A stretch of 64,000 nucleotides of DNA from Candidatus Hydrogenedentota bacterium (GTDB lineage Bacteria > Hydrogenedentota > Hydrogenedentia > Hydrogenedentales > G963678445): assembly GCA_963678445.1 (NCBI GenBank), contig OY782877.1:1685778-1749777 (forward strand), read 5' to 3'. The notes beneath the pieces are model-generated. The model made no database searches. It was given only the letters and a program-made list of their open reading frames with translations, and had not been told where the DNA came from. The translations under genes were made by a program, and so were the position numbers. Positions 59,637 through 64,000 of this stretch are shown piece after piece. Position 1 is the first letter of the stretch; every line of letters begins with the position of its first letter.

Positions 59637-60658
59637 GGCGGCATACCCGCTATATCCTGCTGCTATGCGCGGGCATCCTTTTCGGAGGAACGGTACTTTT
59701 CCAATTGGGCGTCGATCGCACAAGGACTGACATAGAAACGGATACGTTGCTCTATCTGCCCAATGCACAACTGCTGGAACATTTCACGGGCGGCATGAGT
59801 AGTGTAGTCGCCGACATGTTGTGGCTGCGCTGTGTGCAGTATGTGGCTACGGAATCGAAGGGAGATCGCAATTTTACGTGGCTCAATAATATGTTGAGCA
59901 CGGTGGTGCAGTTGGACCCGTACTTTACAGACGCCTACCGCTATGGCGGTATGTTTCTCGCTGCACTCAAGGCGGATAGTGACGCCGGGCTGCGCCTGCT
60001 GGAACAGGGGGTGGTGCAGCAGCCGCTTTCGTGGGAATTGCCGTATGAAGCTGCGATGATTTTTTTGCTAAACCGGCGTGATGAGCCGGATGCAAAACGG
60101 CGCGCCGCCTATTACCTGGCCATGAGTAGCGCCACGGGGAATGCACCGGAATTAATCCTGGAGCTTTCGGAAAAACTGCAGGGCGAATATGATCTGGTGC
60201 ATATTGAGCGTCGCATGTGGACGAATCTGCTGGAGAGCGACGACACACTGTTGCGGGATCTGGCAAAGCGAAAATTGCAGGAGGTGCAACTGCGGGAAGC
60301 ATGTCAGGTTCTTCAGGAACGCGTGCAGATTTTTGCACAAACGCAACCAAAACCGGCAACGAACTTGCAGGAATTATGCGATGTGGGATTGATTCGTAGC
60401 TTGCCACCCGATCCTTTTGGTGGACATTTCTTTATCGATGCACAGGGGAAAGTGCAAAACAGTACTTTGCTGGATGAAAAAGAGGAAAGACATCGTACAA
60501 TCATCCAGGAGGCGATAAAGCACTTTGCGGAATCGCATCAGCGCAATCCGAAAAACTTGGAAGAACTGGTGGAAAAACAAGTGCTCACACAAATCCCGCC
60601 GCATCCCTATGCAGACAAACCCTGGCGCTACAACCCTGAAACAGGCATAGTGCAATAA
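59633..60658 (+). CDS. Hypothetical N-terminally anchored helical (TPR-like?) protein co-transcribed with the ABC-2 transporter
   Basis: One N-terminal TM; alpha-helical composition; 4-nt overlap with the permease. Confidence 0.45.
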   Translation: MRRHTRYILLLCAGILFGGTVLFQLGVDRTRTDIETDTLLYLPNAQLLEHFTGGMSSVVADMLWLRCVQYVATESKGDRNFTWLNNMLSTVVQLDPYFTDAYRYGGMFLAALKADSDAGLRLLEQGVVQQPLSWELPYEAAMIFLLNRRDEPDAKRRAAYYLAMSSATGNAPELILELSEKLQGEYDLVHIERRMWTNLLESDDTLLRDLAKRKLQEVQLREACQVLQERVQIFAQTQPKPATNLQELCDVGLIRSLPPDPFGGHFFIDAQGKVQNSTLLDEKEERHRTIIQEAIKHFAESHQRNPKNLEELVEKQVLTQIPPHPYADKPWRYNPETGIVQ

Positions 60659-60664
60659 ACAAAA

Positions 60665-62119
60665 TTATCTCTCAAGCAGCTTCCTGGCTTCGGTGCGCAA
60701 TGTTTTCCGTGATACTTTTATGCCGACGGGCAATGAGGTGGGCCAAGGGTAAAAGTAGCGAGGTATTTTGTATTTGGGAAGTATCTTTTCCAGCGTGGCG
60801 CGTAGTTTTGTGGTATCGCTGCACACCATCTCGTCGCCCTGTAGAAAGGCAACGGGCAGGCTACCATACTCTTCGTCATCTATCGACACCACCATCGCTA
60901 CTGCAACACCATCTATCGAACATAAAGACACCTCCACTTCTTCGGGTTGCACATTTTCGCCGCCCACCACAAACATATTGTCGCGCCGCCCTGTTACCCG
61001 TAGCGCACCCGTTGCATCCCAACTGCCCAAATCGCCTGTAGCAAACCAGCCGTCTGGCGTTAAAGGGCGTTGCAGCGCATCTTCTTCTACATAACCCAAA
61101 AATAGCGTTTCGCCACGCACCTGAATCTCTCCACTTTCGTGAATACGTATACTGTCGGCATTTAAGGGATAACCGGATGTTTGCAGTGATTCCAGGGAAG
61201 CTCCTGGCGGGGTTGTTGTCACCTGGGTGCACATTTCGGTAAGACCGTAGGTGGTATGGACGGGGATGGCGAGTTCGTGCGCACGCCGTATGAGAGATGC
61301 AGATACCGCACCGCCTCCCAGCAGGATGGCTTTGAGACGCTGTAACGCCGCGATACCTTCCTGAGATTGCAGCAGGCGAAATAGTTGGGTGGGCACGAGG
61401 GAAAGATGGGTAATCGCGTATTTTTCAATCGCCTGGGGGATGCTTTCGTTGGCGGCGCTAAAAACTACTGCTGCGTTTGCAAGCAGGCAGCGAAACAAGA
61501 CGCCGAGTCCCGCCACATGAAACATGGGTAAGGACATCAACCATCGATCGGTTGATGTTAATGGCATATTTGCATTGGCACGCAATGCATTGTGGTAATG
61601 GTTTCCATAGCTATGCAACGCCGCCTTGGGTGCGCCAACGCTTCCAGAGGTGAGCACAAGGGTTGCCGGACGACTGACAGGAATGAGCGGCGGGGCTGAG
61701 GGTGCTGGCATGGGGGTTTCCACCAAATCATGCGGCGCGAGGGCGTACAGATGGCCCTGGACGGTTGTCGTGGATACGCCGTAGGGCACTACCATGTTGC
61801 GACAACGTACCCGTTGTACCACTTCAAGCAGGTATTGCGCGGGGAAACGAGTGTTCACGGGTAAAGCGATCGCCCCCATCTGGAATATCCCCATGAGCAG
61901 TATAGGGTAGGGCGTCCCCGGTGGCAGGGCCAATGCTACCAGATGTCCTTCGGCCAGCCCTGCTTTGCGCAGGTTGTATGCAACCCCGTTCACATGGGCA
62001 TAGTACTCGGCATAGGTGTAGCTCCGATGCGGTGCAATGATGGCCAGCGCATCGGGATGTGTCTGCGCTGCCTTCCCCAGGGGGCATTCCAGATATTGTT
62101 CTGTGTTCGCGCTCCTCAT
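60665..62119 (-). CDS. menE: o-Succinylbenzoate-CoA ligase (AMP-binding enzyme family)
   Basis: AMP-binding motifs (LTSGSVGAPK, YGLTE, GWFATGDLG..., GRRDNMFVVGGENV); operon with menC/menA; alternative start at 62170. Confidence 0.7.
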   Translation of the reverse strand: MRSANTEQYLECPLGKAAQTHPDALAIIAPHRSYTYAEYYAHVNGVAYNLRKAGLAEGHLVALALPPGTPYPILLMGIFQMGAIALPVNTRFPAQYLLEVVQRVRCRNMVVPYGVSTTTVQGHLYALAPHDLVETPMPAPSAPPLIPVSRPATLVLTSGSVGAPKAALHSYGNHYHNALRANANMPLTSTDRWLMSLPMFHVAGLGVLFRCLLANAAVVFSAANESIPQAIEKYAITHLSLVPTQLFRLLQSQEGIAALQRLKAILLGGGAVSASLIRRAHELAIPVHTTYGLTEMCTQVTTTPPGASLESLQTSGYPLNADSIRIHESGEIQVRGETLFLGYVEEDALQRPLTPDGWFATGDLGSWDATGALRVTGRRDNMFVVGGENVQPEEVEVSLCSIDGVAVAMVVSIDDEEYGSLPVAFLQGDEMVCSDTTKLRATLEKILPKYKIPRYFYPWPTSLPVGIKVSRKTLRTEARKLLER

Positions 62120-62129
62120 TCGATATCGA

Positions 62130-63266
62130 TCAGCCTTCCCATACGCTTTCCAGACGGTCTTCCGCCACACGTCTGGACCGTTGACTTAGGGTAGCCACCT
62201 GCGCCGTTCCGGTATCCAGTGCAAGGGGTTGCTCCAGTACATCTTCGGCCAACCAGCCGTATGTATCCAATCCTACCGGGGTGTTGGGACAACACACGGC
62301 AGCATAGTTTGCCAGCATTGCCAGCCCCACGCCGGATTCAAAGGTGCTGCTAACGATGATGCGTTTGGGCAGCAGCGGATGTTGCGCCAAAACCGCACCT
62401 ATATTGGGAAAATGCATCAGCATCGGTTTCCAAATGCAGGCAGCGGCATGGTTCAGCAGATCCAGCATACGAAGCTCTTCTGCAGAAACCTCTTCCTGGG
62501 TAGAAAAGGGTTCCGCCACGCGCTCAAGCGTCATCAGGGTCTCATCTAATGCATATGGAATCCCGGTGCTCTCTGTAAAAAAACGCAGATGCGCCGGGTC
62601 TTCTAAAGGCTCTTCAATGTATTCAACACCACATACCGCCACCTGTTTGCCAAAGGCCACTGCTGTGTCCAAATCCCATGCGCGGTTTGCATCAAGCCGT
62701 AGCGCGATCCTTTCGCCCACGGCTGCACGCACAGCATGTACTAAAGCGATCTCTTCTTCAATCGAAGTGCGCCCTACTTTGAGTTTAACTGCACGGTAGC
62801 CCTTTTCGGTTGCCTCGCATGCACGCAACAAGACCTCTTCCCGGCTTCCTGTCAGTAGTGCGTTCAGAGGAATCTCGTCGGGACTGTCGGACGCCAGGTA
62901 GCGGTGTACCGATGGGGTTTCCGATTGTGCGGCACGCAATTGAAGTGCGGCGCTTTCGAGTGCAAATGATACGGAACGCACTCTCAGTAGGGGCATCAGA
63001 CCCAAGCCCTCAAAGGCTGTGCGTGTTTCTGGAAAAACCTTTCCTTGCAGCAGGCGTGCACACCGCAGGATTGCATTCCATGCCTCTTGCAATGATTCGC
63101 GACTGAAGCCTGGCAGTGGCGCAGCTTCGCCCCAGCCTACCGTACCGTTCCTCCCGGTCAGTTTCAGCAGAAAGCCGGTCCGCTTGTGCACGGTACCCGT
63201 CGATAGCACCAATGGGGTGCGCAAGGGCAGTATGTACCGATAAACTTGCGCCCGTGTGATTTTCAT
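62130..63266 (-). CDS. menC: o-Succinylbenzoate synthase (enolase superfamily)
   Basis: KLKVG, RLDANRAW, EEPL enolase-superfamily catalytic blocks; start ATG overlaps the menA stop (ATGA). Confidence 0.65.
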   Translation of the reverse strand: MKITRAQVYRYILPLRTPLVLSTGTVHKRTGFLLKLTGRNGTVGWGEAAPLPGFSRESLQEAWNAILRCARLLQGKVFPETRTAFEGLGLMPLLRVRSVSFALESAALQLRAAQSETPSVHRYLASDSPDEIPLNALLTGSREEVLLRACEATEKGYRAVKLKVGRTSIEEEIALVHAVRAAVGERIALRLDANRAWDLDTAVAFGKQVAVCGVEYIEEPLEDPAHLRFFTESTGIPYALDETLMTLERVAEPFSTQEEVSAEELRMLDLLNHAAACIWKPMLMHFPNIGAVLAQHPLLPKRIIVSSTFESGVGLAMLANYAAVCCPNTPVGLDTYGWLAEDVLEQPLALDTGTAQVATLSQRSRRVAEDRLESVWEG

Positions 63267-64000
63267 AGCAACCACCCCACCGAATACAGCACGCTGAAAA
63301 ATAGCTGTAGCTTGCCGGTTGCCGCTAAAACGGTATTTAACTCGGGTCCGCCCCCCAAATGAAAAACTTTTTGAATGGAAACAAGCGCTAACAAGGCTGC
63401 GTGGCATGCCAGTAGCGCCCAGCCGTGTCCTGGATAGAACGTGTGTATGCACAGTGGCGTCAGTAATGTCGCGCTTAGTAATGCAAGGGTGTACTCCCCT
63501 TGGGCGAAACGTTTTCCAAAGCGCACGGCCAAGGTCTTTTTACCGCTTTGCTGATCCTCTTCACGATCCCGCAGGTTGTTTACGGTCAACAATGCCAGGG
63601 AAAAGAAACCCGGGGCCATGCCTACCCATACGGGCAGCGCATCCCATTGCAGCACTTGCACGTAGTACGTACCCGCTACCGCCACGGGGCCAAAAAAGAC
63701 GAACGCGAATACATCCGCCAAACCAATGTAGCCCAGAGGATAGGGGCCACCGGTGTACAACACGCCACAGGCGATGGAAATCAGGCCAATGAGCAAAATG
63801 GGCCAGCCACCCCGGTACACCAGGTACAGCCCCACCAGAAAGGCCAGGGCAAAGACCAGTATGGTCGCCCTGCGCATCTGTATCGGCGTCACCCAGCCCG
63901 ACTGTGTTGCGCGCTGTGGCCCCAAGCGCGCCTCTGTATCTGCCCCTTTTATAAAATCAAAGTAATCGTTGGCAAAGTTGGCCCCGATCTGGATAAGCAT
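63263..64000 (-). CDS. menA: 1,4-dihydroxy-2-naphthoate polyprenyltransferase (UbiA family), N-terminus beyond the window
   Basis: UbiA-family TM pattern with NDYFDFxKGxD motif (LIQIGANFANDYFDFIKGADTE). Confidence 0.8.
   Translation of the reverse strand: MLIQIGANFANDYFDFIKGADTEARLGPQRATQSGWVTPIQMRRATILVFALAFLVGLYLVYRGGWPILLIGLISIACGVLYTGGPYPLGYIGLADVFAFVFFGPVAVAGTYYVQVLQWDALPVWVGMAPGFFSLALLTVNNLRDREEDQQSGKKTLAVRFGKRFAQGEYTLALLSATLLTPLCIHTFYPGHGWALLACHAALLALVSIQKVFHLGGGPELNTVLAATGKLQLFFSVLYSVGWLL

Noticed and set aside
62130-62170. 41-nt overlap between menC and menE ORFs
   Set aside because: An artefact of the longest-ORF call. menE most plausibly starts at the ATG at 62117-62119, leaving no overlap.

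Overview
This 64 kb window looks like a bacterial chromosome segment of moderately high GC. TTG and GTG start codons are common, adjacent genes often overlap by 4 nt, and ribosome-binding sites resemble GGAGG.

I read about 45 genes from the ORF translations and the sequence:
- A long minus-strand housekeeping run: eno, an FtsB-like gene, phoH, a 7TM-HD (PgpH-like) gene, ybeY, two tandem CNNM/CorC paralogs, DUF502, DUF151, plus a SUI1/YciH gene.
- A tRNA-Gln(CUG)/tRNA-Glu(CUC) pair with a near-consensus sigma-70 promoter and a strong terminator.
- sbcD and sbcC with a small GxxExxY nuclease-like gene wedged between them.
- PBP1A.
- A menA-menC-menE operon at the 3' edge.
- A sugar-utilisation set: GH29 fucosidase, a Gfo/Idh/MocA oxidoreductase, a sugar-phosphate isomerase and an AraR-like regulator.
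- An AI-2E / ABC-2 operon, an AsmA/TamB-like giant and an OmpA-like lipoprotein.
- An accessory-looking block at 19-36 kb. It holds three very large Ig/PKD-repeat adhesin-like modules, two of them fused into one 2539-aa ORF, and a 1142-aa FG-GAP beta-propeller protein.

The most unusual things I can see directly are:
- A roughly 105-nt promoter-plus-leader element present in at least four copies, with degenerate fragments elsewhere. It sits immediately upstream of four envelope or membrane-protein genes. Two copies show a compensatory base-pair change in a hairpin.
- The giant ORF is two complete adhesin genes joined in frame. The junction reads "C-terminal sorting signal, six codons, signal peptide".
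- All three adhesin modules share a tripartite C-terminal tag (VPxxx-like motif, TM helix, Arg/Lys cluster). No exosortase-like gene was recognised in the window.

I saw no CRISPR array, integrase or transposase. Coordinates of trimmed starts come from codon arithmetic on the ORF table and may be off by a few nt.
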